DNA from: Octopus sinensis
Lineage: Eukaryota
NCBI RefSeq assembly: GCF_006345805.1
Contig: NW_021833019.1
Coordinates: forward strand, 33,980 to 97,979
Direction: 5' to 3'
DNA: 64,000 nucleotides
Of the stretch, positions 1 to 11,849 are shown piece after piece; the first letter of the stretch is position 1; each line of letters begins with the position of its first letter. Below the pieces are notes generated by a model that was given only the letters and a program-made list of their open reading frames with translations, had not been told where the DNA came from and made no database searches. Both the position numbers and the translations under genes were made by a program.

Positions 1-1179
1 TGAAAAACTCATTATTATAATTTGACTATTAATTTCACTTTTTGTTTTTGTTGGGCTTTGTAATGTATTGCATATATTATATACTCTGTATTTTATACCC
101 AGCTGTTGTATTCTACCTTGCACAAACTAAAAGTTGCATCCTATTGACATTTACGAAAAACAACAAAGAAATGAGATAAATCCATAAGTGGTTATATGAA
201 GATATTGTCTTAAAACATATTTATTTTGAAATAAGTTTTTCTAATGACCTTTCATGCTTTGTTTTCTTGAAAGTAGATAGTGTCAGAATAGTTGAGGTAT
301 GATTAAGTTCTTCTTTCATTTTGTAAGTATTGTTATTCATGAATTTAATACTGTATTTAAAGTCAAGCTATTTTACTGGTTTGACTTCTTTCATAATATT
401 TCCTTAATGAAGATGTCATATATTGAAAACCATCTCTCAAATATGTTCTGGAAGTATAACTGTACATTCAAAAATATCCTGAACTCTAAACTTATATTAA
501 CAGTTTCTTACATTCTCTTGTATTCTAACCTGATTATATCCATATGCAGAACATGGGTATATAAAATAATGCAAGTAATAGTAAACTAAAATCTAAGCCT
601 ATGAAAGAAGAAACTATTTATACTTATATTTCTCTGAATTATATATAATAAATAAATTTGTCTCTTTTTATCTTTTTCTTAGTTATGATTATATATATAC
701 AGGATTTGTGCACTATCATTTCATCCATATTCATTGGTGAAGCTTGGATTTTCTATATATTTCTAAAAATACTTATGGAATTAGAGGAATTAGATTTAAT
801 TTATTCTCATCATTTTATGTATCTAAATTTATCTTTAAGAAACAAGAATTTTTCATTCACTATATAGTTCTGATATTTTTCTCATTTCACAGCAGTTTTA
901 GTCTGAATTACATTTAGATATTTAAGTTTTTATTAATTTGCTTAAATTCTTATTAAGTTTTTTGATATTAGTTACTTAAATTCTCAGACACTCAGTTACT
1001 AAATTAGCTTGCTACCTGTCTTTGTTTAAACTCAGCGTGAGTTTCTGAACTTACAAAATGGAAACATACAACCATGAATTCTTTCATTGCTAAGCATTCA
1101 TATGTGTTTCAACTTGAAGTTCTTCAGAAATGGAAACCTGTAAAGCATCTTGCAATTAGAACCAATAACTTAATCTTGT

Positions 1180-2130
1180 TAAAGATCACCAAAACACAAC
1201 ACTGCACATCTCAAAAAAATATCTATTACACCTTTTTCTCTCATGAATATTAAAACTTTATGTAAATTCTAACACTCTTCATATATTTTCCACTGATACT
1301 CCAACTATCCAAACTTCAGTGCCAAACAACTGACAATAAACAACCGTCACCAAGAAAATTTGCTCTCATCCCCACATCAGAATCGTACTGTAAACTCCCC
1401 TGACAGTTGCTGCAAAATCTACCAAACCAGAAAATCATCTTGGAGAGAGCTGATAGTTATTGGTACAGAAAACACATGTTCTATAGGAAAATCCATGAAA
1501 AACTGTTCAAAGGAACAATTAACACTGAAATTAATGTACTAGATTGACAGACAGTTGCACATACAACACTAGTTGCAAAACACGAGGAGCATATGACCAA
1601 AAACTACAAGCTCATAGCATACTTGGAAGTTATATATGAATTATATACAGTTTTCTTGAATGCATTCCTCCACGTCCACTGTGGAATAAGCAATATGGTG
1701 GCTGAAGAGTGGGCAAGAGGAAAGAAAGGAGTCTTAGGCTGGGATGAACAGCTTCTTATAAACCTTCCTTAAGATAACAAAACAGCATTGCTAAAACTTA
1801 TTGACTGTATGGTTAGACTCTAAGAAGTTGTTTGATTCTGCTTATTACTTATGGATAAGAGAGTCACCTCATTTTGTTGAGGTTCTAAATGATATATTCA
1901 TTGTTATTAAGGGACTGACAACATCATGGTCCACAAGAACTATCAATAAGAACTGGAGCTACCACTATAGTCACTAACAAAGTTATATTATCTACAGGAA
2001 TATTTCAGGGTGACAGCTCATCTGTAATGCTTTTCATCCTAACAGCGAACCATTTGTCAGCATTTAAAGGATTACATGATAGGATCTGCACCCACATCTT
2101 TTTTGTTTATAACCTTACTACTACTACTTC
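1180..2130 (+). pseudogene. Decayed RT fragment of an R4/Dong-like (REL-endonuclease) non-LTR retrotransposon
   Basis: GIFQGDS motif encoded at 1997-2017 (ggaatatttcagggtgacagc); upstream remnants resemble EEWAxGKKG..EQLLIN and WLDxKKxFDS; many stops and frameshifts; boundaries approximate. Confidence 0.55.
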
Positions 2131-3550
2131 CAATCATTTTAGTATTTAAGTAAGCATACTCTAATATTCAATTATTTTTCTGCAAAGCATGTAATTACTT
2201 TCAAAATTACCAAGCATCAAATAACTGTTTAAGAGATCAGGATCTCATGTGCATTTTTATTCTTTCATTTTGTAGGTTACCAGTGAAGGTCTATGTTCTA
2301 CAGATGAACAAAAGGAACCTAGAATCTTCCAGAACTGAATGAAACCTTGTGAGCAACCAATCAGTCTCTTTGTCATCATTTCATGGACACTTTTGCAAGC
2401 ACTGAAGATTTGAACTAAATATCTGATACTACCATAAAATTATTGATTTCTGTTATATGCTATAACTGCTTTGTTTTATCTTCAGTCTTTATAAATGTCT
2501 ATCTATAACTAAACATTTGCATCAATGAAGTAAACCCAGTTAAATTTCAGTATTTCTTTCCTCTTATATGAGTCATCATCATTTAAACACAGTATGGATA
2601 TTTAGCAACATAGTTATGAATATCATTGATTTTTGGAACATATTTTAGAATAATCTCTTGAAAAAAAATTAAGAATTTGAATTCATGCCAATTTTCTACA
2701 AATGACCAGCAATTATGATTGGGTTTTTTCCACATTAAACATATTCTTGAAACCATTTACAACTTCATGATTAAAATTTGTGATGTTCACTTTACAAAAG
2801 TTCATTATATACTTTGTTATTTTACTGCATTGAAATCAGCGTATTCAGATTTCATTCTGTCACATTTATACATACATAAATTCAGAATTATAATCCTTGA
2901 TATTATCAAGTTTTAAATTCAATCTTTTCAGCCCTTTTAAATCCAAGGTCATTTTTTTAAATACTAAAATTATGTGTACTAGAATTCATTTTTCTTCTTG
3001 GTGATTATGAAGCTATGTGTTTTTTATACCCACATTTAACCATTCTTTCTATAAAGAAATACTTCACCTTATATGCTATACCATTGTAATATATTTACTA
3101 AAAGGAAAAAGATCACTGTACATATATGGAATTCTTCCAACAATAATGCATGTTAGAGATGTTCCAATGTTAAGTTTGTCATTGCTTGTGAACAGTTATC
3201 ACATTGTTCCTGCAAAAGTGCTTGATTATTCTTGTCTTAAATAAATACCTTGAAGTATTTAATTTCTTACCAATTCTATTTTTCTATTCAAATAAATATG
3301 GATTATTGCGCATTTTAATTAGTAATTTTATCACTATTTCAGCAAGTACTATCAAGGCTAGTCTTTGCTAATAAGGTCATAATAAAGCCAAAATATATTC
3401 AGAGCTGATAAAAATCAAAATATTATCATTAATTAATATCATGATGTTTTTAGCTGCTTATTTATTTCTAGTTTATTTTCTAACTCTCCATGCTTTAAAT
3501 ATGTTATAACTAGCTTTGCTTTGTTTTCTTACCTAAAAACTATCTCACAG

Positions 3551-4310
3551 ACATCAAGCTAAATTAAGAGAAGTTAATAGAAGTCAAACGCACTTATGAA
3601 CAAGACAGGAGAAAATGAAGAAGTAACAATTGAGAAAATGAAAACAAAAAGATGAAAAAATGAGTGTGTGAAAAGGTGAGTATTTAATAGATTACATAAA
3701 CATCAAAACACTTAAAAAAGATAGACCAGCAGAAAATTATGTATCTTACAACAAATACAAATTTAGAATTTTAAATCTATATCCTAGTTTAAGCCTGTTT
3801 TTTGTGTGTATGCACTCGCACACACACACACACACAGAGAAGAACTGACACAAAATTACCAAATTATAAGTCAATTTGCTTCCAATTAGCTTCATATCCT
3901 AAGACAGACAAAGATTTGTTCCTTTTTTAATAATATTACATAAGAATGTAAATACTGGCTTTTCAAGAACAGTTAATTTCCTTTTGTTATAATTTAGTCA
4001 ATTCCCTTTTTTTTCTCTCTCTCTCTGTCTCTGTGCATGTGTGTATGTGTATGTAAAACAGGCTTAAACTAAGGTATAAATTGAAAATACTAAATTTGCA
4101 TTTTTTTGTAAGATACATAATTTTTCTTCTGGTTTATCTCTTCAGGCGTTTTAAGGTTTATGTAATCTATTAAAAACTCTTACCCTTTCACACTGTCTCA
4201 TTTTCTTATCTTTTCATTTTCATTTTCTTCATTGTTACTTTTTCATTTTCTCATGTGTTGCTCATAAATGCTTTTGACTTCTATTAATTTCTCTTAATTT
4301 AGCTTAGTGT
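3551..4310. repeat. Long imperfect inverted repeat (arms ~3551-3870 and ~3985-4310)
   Basis: acatcaagctaaattaagagaagttaatagaagtcaaa (3551) is the reverse complement of ttttgacttctattaatttctcttaatttagcttagtgt (ending 4310); complementarity continues for ~300 bp at roughly 80% by eye. Confidence 0.85.
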
Positions 4311-5490
4311 CCCCTGTTTTTATTTTGATACAATACTTCATTCTGCTCTTTCACCTTCCCAACTTCTCCTACTAATGGCATTCTATACTAGAACATAATT
4401 TTTCAGTATGAGTTTTCAGTTCATATTATAATCTATTTTGTATTGATTTCTCTGCTAGAAAATGACATTTTTTCCTTCAATTTTATGTACATTTTTTCAT
4501 GCAGTGTTATGAGCCTTACTCATTGATATAACACAATGTCTGCAGTAAGATTTGAATTCATGACAAAGTGTTCACTACTTCAGTACTTTTACTTTTATAT
4601 CTACTTTTCTTAACCTTAATTTTGCTAAACGCTTTTATTATCGCTATAATTTTAACTCAGTAAATAAAGATGAATTATAGTTTCTTCAAGTATTATTTTA
4701 TCTTTTCTATTAACCATTTCATTAGAATTTGATTTAACTTTCTTCTAAGAAGCAAGAACATTCAAATCCAAATTGTTAGAATGTGTATTTGTAAAAGAAA
4801 TCGAACTTATAGTTTTATTCTGATAAAATTACTTCACTCTTTTTTACATAGGTAAATTGCATGTGCAAATATTTATTCAGATCTAGTATTATTCCTCTTA
4901 TATCTTACTACAAAATGAATAAATAAATTGTTATGAGAATGAAATTGTTTTTGTGCTTTAGTTGGATGAAAGGGTGTGTTCCTGGCCTGTGTAGACTCTC
5001 AAAAGTAGTAAAATTGATGAGTTTATATGCAGCTTGTACATCAGTATGTCAATATATACAGATAGACAGGCATGAAAGAAATTCCAGAGTGTTGACTTTC
5101 TAAGGAAGAAGGAGAGGGGTATATTATAATGCAATGTGACACAATATGGGTGGCAAGAAGAGGAGCAACTCTTTAAGGTTGGCTTAGAAAGAGGATGGTA
5201 TGTAACTAGCTATGTCAGAGGAGCAGAGATTCTATTCTAGTAGTTTTAGAAGAAGCAGTGAGAAGAGACATGTTTATAAACAAAAGGTTGTTAAGAGCAA
5301 ATTGGTGAACGAATTTTGCTAATAATTTGGAAGATCTTCTGGATATAATCCTAGGATGCGTGTGTAGCAGTACTTTTTCACATGTGGTAACAAGTAAGGG
5401 AATGAAGTATACCAAGTTAGAGCCAAATTTCATGTGTAAGAGTCACAAAATCATCAATAGATAAAGCCATGCCAAATTATTTGTTTAAAC

Positions 5491-5660
5491 CAGTGTTTCT
5501 CAACCAGGGGCCATGTAGCCCCTAAGTGTCCATATAAGATTTTCGGGAGATCCATGCAACAAAATAGTAAACAGGGGATCCACAAAAGTATTTGAAGGGA
5601 CCCTGAAAAACTTTGTTTTAGATATATGTATTGGTATGTATTTCAAGAAACAGCTAAGTT
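5491..5660. mobile_element. hAT-type MITE end fragment
   Basis: Starts cagtgtttctcaacc, a Charlie/Buster-like TIR; matching second TIR not clearly found. Confidence 0.35.
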
Positions 5661-5941
5661 TAAACTTTAAACAAATAATTTCGTGTGGGTTTGTCTGTTG
5701 ATAGTTTTATGACCCTTGCATAAATGTATTCTGGCTATGCCTCAGTATACTTCAATCTCTTCCTTGTTGCAAAATGGAAGGGTTAACACAGTTTAAACAT
5801 CTTGGTATTTTTCCTGAATCAAACTTCAAATTTTTCATTTTTAATTCACTTGAGAACAATTTTTTTTGTGTGTGATTGGTTTATTCATCAATAAAAGACA
5901 CACCTGAAACAGCTGTATTGAACCTTAACCTATTTGATTTC

Positions 5942-5945
5942 TTAT

Positions 5946-6028
<83 letters not shown>

Positions 6029-6032
6029 CACA

Positions 6033-6088
<56 letters not shown>

Positions 6089-6136
6089 ACATATATATGT
6101 ATATATACATATATATGTATATATATATATACATAC

Positions 6137-6167
<31 letters not shown>

Positions 6168-6177
6168 TATAACATAC

Positions 6178-6228
<51 letters not shown>
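5942..6228. repeat. (TA)n microsatellite with interruptions
   Basis: Directly visible; explains the Tyr-Ile ORFs on both strands. Confidence 0.98.
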
Positions 6229-6231
<3 letters not shown>

Positions 6232-7631
6232 TACATATGTGGAAAATCGGTATGTGTTTGTTTGTGGCAATGTTAGCTAACTCCTCCTACATCGTTTTAT
6301 TGATTCTAATGAAACTTGACAAGTGAGTAGAATTTATGTCTGGAAATCTCATGACATACTTAGATTGTTGAAAAAATGGTAATACGGCTCCTAGAAGGGA
6401 ACTTTATATCTACCTTATATAACTAAATTTTTTGAAACACCCAAGGGAAATGACCCATAGCACCTGCACAATGTCTTGTATAAACACTCAAGGAAAATAA
6501 CCCATTTTATTGTTTATGTTCAATTACTTTGAATATTGAGTTCTTGTGTGTCCAACTTCTAATTTTGGCAGACAATATCACTTTTATACTTTATTCCATA
6601 CGTGAGTAGAACTCATTTCTGGAAACCTGGTGACATACTTAGATTGTTGAAAAATATTGATAATAGGATCCTTCTATCTACTACATATTACTAATATTTT
6701 AGTTAAACAACCCAAGGGAAATAACCCATACCACCTGCAGTTTTTAGCAAAGCGATCAATATTTGATTCTCACAATCAGCCGACCTAATTCTGCATTTCA
6801 CTACTCACAATTTTGAACTGCTAAACATTATTATTGCACTTCCTTAATTTTAATCTTAAACCTTAAAGACTTCATTCATGCATTTCTATACATGCATACT
6901 TTTTTGAATGCCCATTACTCTTGATAATTCTGCATTTTTACAGTTACACTTTTTCCAGGAGAGTAGATAAATTTTTATTCCACAACATATTTGTAGTGGC
7001 AATTCTCGATTGCCAAATTTCACTTAACACTTCAAAACACTTTTCTCACGGTAAAACAATAGTTTTTCTGTGAATGACAGCAGTTATACATTTCCCAGAT
7101 GCCTTGACCCTTCTAACCTCTTCTAGGCCACCAAGGGCTGGAATGGAGATAACAGACCTCCAACGAAATCATTTATTCTCAATAATATACCTATCCTTCT
7201 GGTTGCTTTTCTTATAAAAACAAGAACTTCATAAGCTAAAGGTAGTTACTAAGAGCAATCATGTGTGAATGTGAACGTTATTATTGCACTTTCTTCAAAC
7301 AAACAATGAAATCATTTGTTCTCAACAGTGTGTCTGTCCTTGTGGCTGTTTTGCAATAGTTATAAAAACGAGAACTCCGTAAGCTAAAGGCAGTTACTGA
7401 GAGCAACCATTGGTGATTGTGAACATTATCATTGCACTTTCTTCAAACACTTCATTCATATGTTTGTATACATAAAATCTCTCCCCATCCAGCTGAGTTT
7501 TTTGTACATTTTCATGGTGGAAAGTATACCTTTGTGTGGCAGTTATAACGAAAGTGCTTTCTTATATCAGAGTAATAAGGCGTTTCAATAGAACATCTGT
7601 AACCCCTGGTATTACCGCGTATGCCACCTAG
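6229..7631 (+). mobile_element. Putative non-autonomous Helitron
   Basis: A|TC at 6228-6230, CTAG|T at 7628-7632 preceded by a degenerate GC hairpin (cctggtattaccgcg), no TSD; internal direct duplications ~6325-6470/6602-6740 and ~7205-7300/7345-7450. Confidence 0.5.
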
Positions 7632-7639
7632 TATATACG

Positions 7640-7696
7640 TATGTATATAAAGATACTCATGTATGTATATGTGTATATATGTATAATATATATGTG

Positions 7697-7760
<64 letters not shown>

Positions 7761-7772
7761 ATATATATATGT
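7640..7772. repeat. (TA)n-rich microsatellite
   Basis: Directly visible. Confidence 0.95.
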
Positions 7773-8241
7773 ATAAAATTTGCCAATATTCTGCATCATG
7801 AGGACCTAGGACTTGAGGTATTTCATATTGTAAGACAGTGTGTGAGAGAGAATCGTGATGTCATAGGAGACAAAGGTGTCTGCATGGATGGTGGCTCACT
7901 TGTATTCAATAATGCTGCAAAGAGAGAGAGTGGAGAAGCCACTATGAAAGGGAGAAAAAGAGTCTGCCAAATGCCAATCCAAAAGATGGACCAGTTATTG
8001 AAACTGACAGTACTTTGGTAGATAAAGCAATTAAGGGTATGAAAACAGGGACTCCGACGACTGCGAGTCTGCTGCCCTAACCAGTGGGCCATTGCACCTC
8101 CACACATGCACACACACACACATATATATATATATACATATAGACTTATATATTTATATCTATATATATATATATATATATAAAAGAGGAAAGTTTGTAC
8201 TCCGCAAAAATATATGTATAAAAAATATATAAAACATTCAA

Positions 8242-8524
8242 AACCGGATCATCCTTGCAATTTCAGCTGATTAATCTTGAGATTGCTCCGATCTGGCCAG
8301 CCCCAAGGAAAAACTAAGCTACGAGCATTAGATTTCTTAGAAAAAGGATCGAATGTATACGGAACAAGGACAGAAAAATGGACGATGTTACACGAAAATA
8401 AGTACAAAAAACAAAAAGTAATACGAATTTGCGAGGATGATCCGGTTCTTAACTGAAGATTAGAGGCTTCGAATGACCCATCCGTTTTCGTATTGTCTAT
8501 TTGAATGTTTTGCGTTCTTGTCCT

Positions 8525-8530
<6 letters not shown>
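8242..8530. mobile_element. Repeat fragment with inverted junction, possibly a Penelope-like terminal repeat
   Basis: 19-bp inverted repeat 8242-8260/8429-8447 (1 mismatch), flanked by (TA)n on both sides; family assignment is inference. Confidence 0.3.
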
Positions 8531-8567
<37 letters not shown>

Positions 8568-9113
8568 TATATATAAAACTTTTTACTTGTCACAGTCATT
8601 GAACTGGAGCCATGATAAGGCACCATTTTGAGGGGTCTGGTTGAACAAATTACCCCAGTAGTTATGTCTTGTCAGATACTTGTTCTAGCAATCTTTTTTT
8701 ACCAAACTGAGAATGTAGGCAAACCAACTCTGGTGATCAAGCAGTGTGAGGACGGACAAACATAAACATGAACACACACACACACATACACACACACACA
8801 CACATGCAACAGGATTCCAGCCAGTTTTCGTCAATCAAATTTATTCACTAATCATCGGTTGATCTCGGATTACAATGGAAGACACATATGCAAAGTGCTG
8901 CACAGTTCATAGATGTTTATACATCTTTATACAGAGTTGATGTATAAACATCATATAATATATCCTTGGTATTTAAGGGCTTAATTATAAAAAAAAAAAC
9001 ATCATTAAACTTCACAAGTTTATTGTAATAAAATAAATATGTAAGGAATATACTTGTTTGCTTACACAAAATTGACTAAAATGATGGTTGAGAGTGACAT
9101 ATTTTCAGCATAT

Positions 9114-9114
9114 C

Positions 9115-9145
<31 letters not shown>

Positions 9146-9245
9146 TGTATGTATGTATGTATGTATGTATGTATGTATGTATGTATGTATGTATGTATGT
9201 ATGCTTGCATGTATGCATGTATGAAAGCATGCATGCATGCATGTA
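9114..9245. repeat. (TATG)n microsatellite
   Basis: Directly visible. Confidence 0.97.
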
Positions 9246-9299
9246 TCTGTGAGTGCATGTGCATATTTGTGTGTATGATTATCATTTTCAAGGCACTTT

Positions 9300-10643
9300 T
9301 TCCAAGTTTCTTGGCTTTATGGACTAGATGGAATTCCTTGAGATTTTCTATGGGTGGATACATAGAAGATACATGCCCTTATGGCAGCCAGACAGTGAAC
9401 ATGTACATTCTATCTCCCCTAACTCTAACGATGAAAACTGCAAGCATCTTGGAATCCATGAGAATGTTGCACACATTGCATACGGAATAACAAAAGAGTA
9501 CTTTGCAGGCTTCAGAAAATATGGAACTCAGAGCTGTCTGCATTTAGCAAGATCATATCTCACCATGCCTATACAGTGATAGTGTTAATACTAACATTTG
9601 AGATACTGAACCGGAAACTTTACAAGATCTGCAACCAGGACATCTAAACTAGAAAGGTACTGACCATCACTGTTAACTTCCTCAGTAGCAGTGACACACA
9701 TAGGATCTATGTGGGACAAAAAATGTTGGTAGATGGATAATGTCAGTACAAACAGCCTTTGAATGTCACAGACAACATCTGCTGAATGGTAAAGAAAGAA
9801 ATGGATACACTCCATGCATACTCAAAAGTTAAAGAATCTTCAGTGCTGGAGAGAAACTGTGCAGCTACTCTGAGAATATTACTGTCTCATGCAACCCAAA
9901 GATTGGACTGACTATCTAAACAGAAGCTTGGAGGTGAAGTAGGCATCATACTAGCAAAACCAATGAATGAGTACATAAAACTAGAGGATAATAGCAATAA
10001 CATTAACAGTGACCTCTCTTGGACCTGTGATTTGATACATTACATTCCACCTGGAAGTGTATGCATTAGCTATTGAGGAACCTGCTAAAAAGAGAGACAA
10101 AAATACCACCAAATTTCTCTGTCCTGAGAGAAAATGTTGGCTTTGCTATACGAGTGTTGAAAATTTTACCTATATCAGCAGCAGCTACCCCAAAATATCT
10201 ACAAAATATTACCTACCTTTGAGGTATGATATAGTGGCAAAGACTATTTACAATGCTACCTCTAGGAAGGATTGTCCGACATATACATCAAAGGCATGTC
10301 AGAACCAGTATGTATTCACGCCTTTAAAAACAAAGAATACTGGTGGAAAGCTCAAATAGAAACTGCAGTTCGGTGCAGACATAATAGACCTAGTGTGACA
10401 GGGAACAAAAGTCATGTCCTGCTGTAGAGATAACTTACCCAGCAGACGTAAATTTAGATCAAAAGTTCGGGGAAAAGTTAACATTTATGGTGTATTAAAG
10501 CAGAACTTACAGCTCTTGTACACTATGAATTTCCGTTTATACCTGTTACCATAGGTGCATTAGGTTATGTACCTGCAAATTTACACAAAAACCTAAAAAT
10601 ACTAAGTTTCTTTTTTTCGGAATGAGCAAAGGAAAGTGACATG
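9300..10643 (+). pseudogene. R4/Dong-like non-LTR retrotransposon 3' part (RT end, CCHC knuckle, restriction-like endonuclease), interrupted by the Gypsy element; 3' remainder continues at 16489-~16740
   Basis: ENCKHLGIHENV (YKYLG-like), RKCWLC..VENFTYISSSYPKI..YYLPLRYDIVAKTIY (CCHC region), HNRP, VEITYPADVN and IGALGYVP remnants across frames; AATAAA near 16724. Confidence 0.7.
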
Positions 10644-11190
10644 TGTAGTGAATGTGTGTATAAATAAATAAATACATAAATTGTTTCATGATTAAAAAGG
10701 AATTTATTTACATGGATTATAAATACACTACATACAAATGTAAGCAAATGCTACACATTGCTTGTATAGAGCACATATTAAAGATGAATATGTTTGTGTG
10801 TGTGGGTGTGTGCATGAATCATTCGAAACAGTAGCCTGTAGGCATTTCTCTGTCGTCTCCAAAACGCGGGGCGAGATACATCTGTCTGCTGGTGTGTCAG
10901 CTGCGATTGTGTTTCTTTCTCTGTTTTTCCCTTGTATTTATAATATTTGAAACAGCTAGAAAGATAGACATACTGCAACAGAGTTACTACTTAAGTAGGT
11001 CAGCGCTTGTCCAGTTGAACTTCGCCCGACATGGCTGAGGTCGCAGGTCAAAGGAGATGATCAATCACTTTTTGACAGAACAAAGAGATCTTTAAATTTC
11101 GCGCCTATACATGCATTGGTTTTCGACGACCGATGATTCTTGGATTCGATTTCGAATCTAGGCTTAGAGAAGGAAGTGCTAACTCTTACA
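10644..11190 (-). repeat. 3' LTR (547 bp)
   Basis: tgta...taca ends; near-identical to 15944-16488 (about ten substitutions plus short indels by eye). Confidence 0.97.
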
Positions 11191-11203
11191 CTACCCCCCT
11201 TCT
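11191..11203 (-). promoter_or_regulatory. Polypurine tract
   Basis: Minus-strand AGAAGGGGGGTAG immediately upstream of the 3' LTR. Confidence 0.9.
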
Positions 11204-11849
11204 AGTGAGAAAGCCACAGAGATCGAACGATATTGGAAATGTTATTTTTGTGTGTATGCAGAAAAATTTACACATTGTAACAGACAAATGAACAATAAAA
11301 ATATGAATCAAAGGTTTACTGTTTGTATGTGCTATATGGTGGGCAATATGTATATGTGCCCAGGCAGAAATATGTTGGCACGTTGAAAGAGATGTGCGTC
11401 TATTGATTACTCGACCCACTAGAGGTCTAATAGAGGCAAGGTGTCTTTCAGTGGCGAAAAAGATCGAGTGGTAGCACACATGAGAATATGACTTGCAAAT
11501 GTGTGTGAACATACAGTTAGCAAAAATATATTTACAAGAAGGCAAAACATTTTAAGGAGAAAACAAAAAATATGTACATGCAAAAATGAAAGAAATGTTC
11601 ATCGGCAAAGTTCGATTGTGAAATGTTCCGTAAATGTTCATACAGATAGTTCTTCGTTGATGTGGAACAACGTTTCTGTTTCATTTTTTTCCTCCTTATG
11701 TACACGAATGTTCCTTGACTTCTCTGGGCTTGTATGCGGGTGATGCAGTTATGTGAGTTATGTGTTGATGTATGTATTTCATTTAGGAAGATGGACAAGT
11801 TAAAAGTTCGGAACCTACCCGAAAAACTTGCACAAACCTTGCTGGCCAT

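Noticed and set aside
2255-2420. Possible host exon after a polypyrimidine-AG acceptor at ~2276
   Set aside because: No recognisable protein motif, no convincing donor or partner exons
5876-6270. ORFs of Tyr-Ile, MYVC or HTYI repeats (also 9076-9490, 48144-48672, 58394-58740, 60923-61455)
   Set aside because: Translations of microsatellites; no coding signal
11186-11849. Possible env-like or extra ORF between integrase and the 3' LTR
   Set aside because: Only short ORFs with no recognisable motif; treated as 3' UTR
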